This document shows, piece by piece, positions 54,801 to 55,504 of a DNA stretch of 55,504 nt (within the stretch, counting starts at the first letter, position 1; each line of letters opens with the position of its first letter). The stretch is from assembly GCA_051645545.1 (NCBI GenBank), contig JBOFBL010000555.1, forward strand, positions 1 to 55,504, written 5' to 3'. The stretch is from Casimicrobium sp. Lineage in GTDB: Bacteria > Pseudomonadota > Gammaproteobacteria > Burkholderiales > Casimicrobiaceae. A program made the position numbers and the translations under genes. Below the pieces are notes generated by a model. That model had not been told where the DNA came from, ran no database searches, and was given only the letters and a program-made list of their open reading frames with translations.

Positions 54801-55433
54801 GTGAGCTTCCGGCAAATATCAGACGATGCGAGCCTTGATCGCATCATTGCCGAAATAGCAAAGCGCAGTTCGTTCGCGGTCATCCGCGCGATGACGGCAA
54901 CAGTCAAAGATGCGCAAGCCGCCTTGACCGATACGATACCGGTCGTATTTGATAGGCCCAATGCGTGGACTCGTCAAGCAATCGGCATCCAGTCGGCAAC
55001 GCGCGCCGTGCCAACTGCGGCGGTATTCGTTAAAGACTCACAGGCCAATTACTTGGCTTATCAGATCGACGGCGGGCAAAGGAGCCTCAAGCCGTTCGAG
55101 CTTCAATTTCGAAATGTGCGCGTAAACGGATACATGATCCCAGGCGAAGCGTCAACGCTAGATCAATTCGGCAACGTGAGCAAAGCCGACATTCTCAATC
55201 TCTCACGGTCACTAAATGCCAGCGACGCAAGCAAAAACTATTTCGTAGGCACGCCAAAAAACAGCGACCGACCCCCAGGCATCTACGAGCGCACCGCCGC
55301 CGGCGGTCTGCGCCTAGTGTTCCTGCAAGCCACAAGCGCGCGTTACGCGCCGGCGTTCGACTTCTACGGTATTGCGCGCACAACCATCCGCGACCGCCTA
55401 AAAGCCAACCTAATCGCCGCCATCAAATCATAG
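54801..55433 (+). CDS. gpZ-like tail-completion/neck protein located before cos
   Basis: FA...A.T.T......FDRP..WT, QI.GG.R, LD.FGN, GIYER, Y...FDFY pattern. Confidence 0.6.
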   Translation: MSFRQISDDASLDRIIAEIAKRSSFAVIRAMTATVKDAQAALTDTIPVVFDRPNAWTRQAIGIQSATRAVPTAAVFVKDSQANYLAYQIDGGQRSLKPFELQFRNVRVNGYMIPGEASTLDQFGNVSKADILNLSRSLNASDASKNYFVGTPKNSDRPPGIYERTAAGGLRLVFLQATSARYAPAFDFYGIARTTIRDRLKANLIAAIKS

Positions 55434-55462
55434 GTTCTTACCGGCCCCCCACCCCAGCGCGA

Positions 55463-55504
55463 GAGTAGTTCGACTTGCCCTGCTGAGTTTGTGAGTGGTT
55501 GTCA
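55463..55504 (+). repeat. Terminal direct repeat, right copy
   Basis: Identical to 1-42. Confidence 0.97.

Larger units (their letters stand above)
1..55504. mobile_element. Complete temperate lambda-like siphophage genome (excised/virion form)
   Basis: Full head-tail-lysis-integration-immunity-replication gene set, intact internal attP, 42-bp terminal redundancy. Confidence 0.93.

Overview
The window looks like one complete temperate, lambda-like siphophage genome (about 55,462 bp unique; bases 1-42 recur at 55463-55504), probably from a betaproteobacterial host, which is an inference from protein families and the tRNA fragment. Gene order: cos-like end region, terminases, gpW, portal, S49 protease, decoration protein, gpE-type capsid, an unusual five-gene fibre-like cassette, tail genes (tube, frameshifted chaperone, tape measure, mosaic tip proteins) and lysis genes (+ strand, to 28.7 kb). 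A long leftward arm (28.7-48.2 kb) carries a SPOUT RNA methyltransferase, a DUF5131 radical-SAM-like protein, a C5-cytosine MTase with a nested alternative-frame gene, an amino-MTase, attP (3' half of tRNA-Pro GGG with arm repeats), a tyrosine integrase, ASCH, RdgC and the repressor. The rightward early arm has cro, a cII-like gene, replication genes and a gpZ-like gene. The best candidates for something new are the DNA+RNA methylation module that integration would cut off from PL, two identical GTAG-type REP-like palindromes, a Cys-rich virion with a small CxxC membrane protein, and two structured intergenic RNAs. No CRISPR array, reverse transcriptase/DGR, rRNA or complete tRNA was seen. All protein calls come from motif recognition by eye and gene order; no database search was run.
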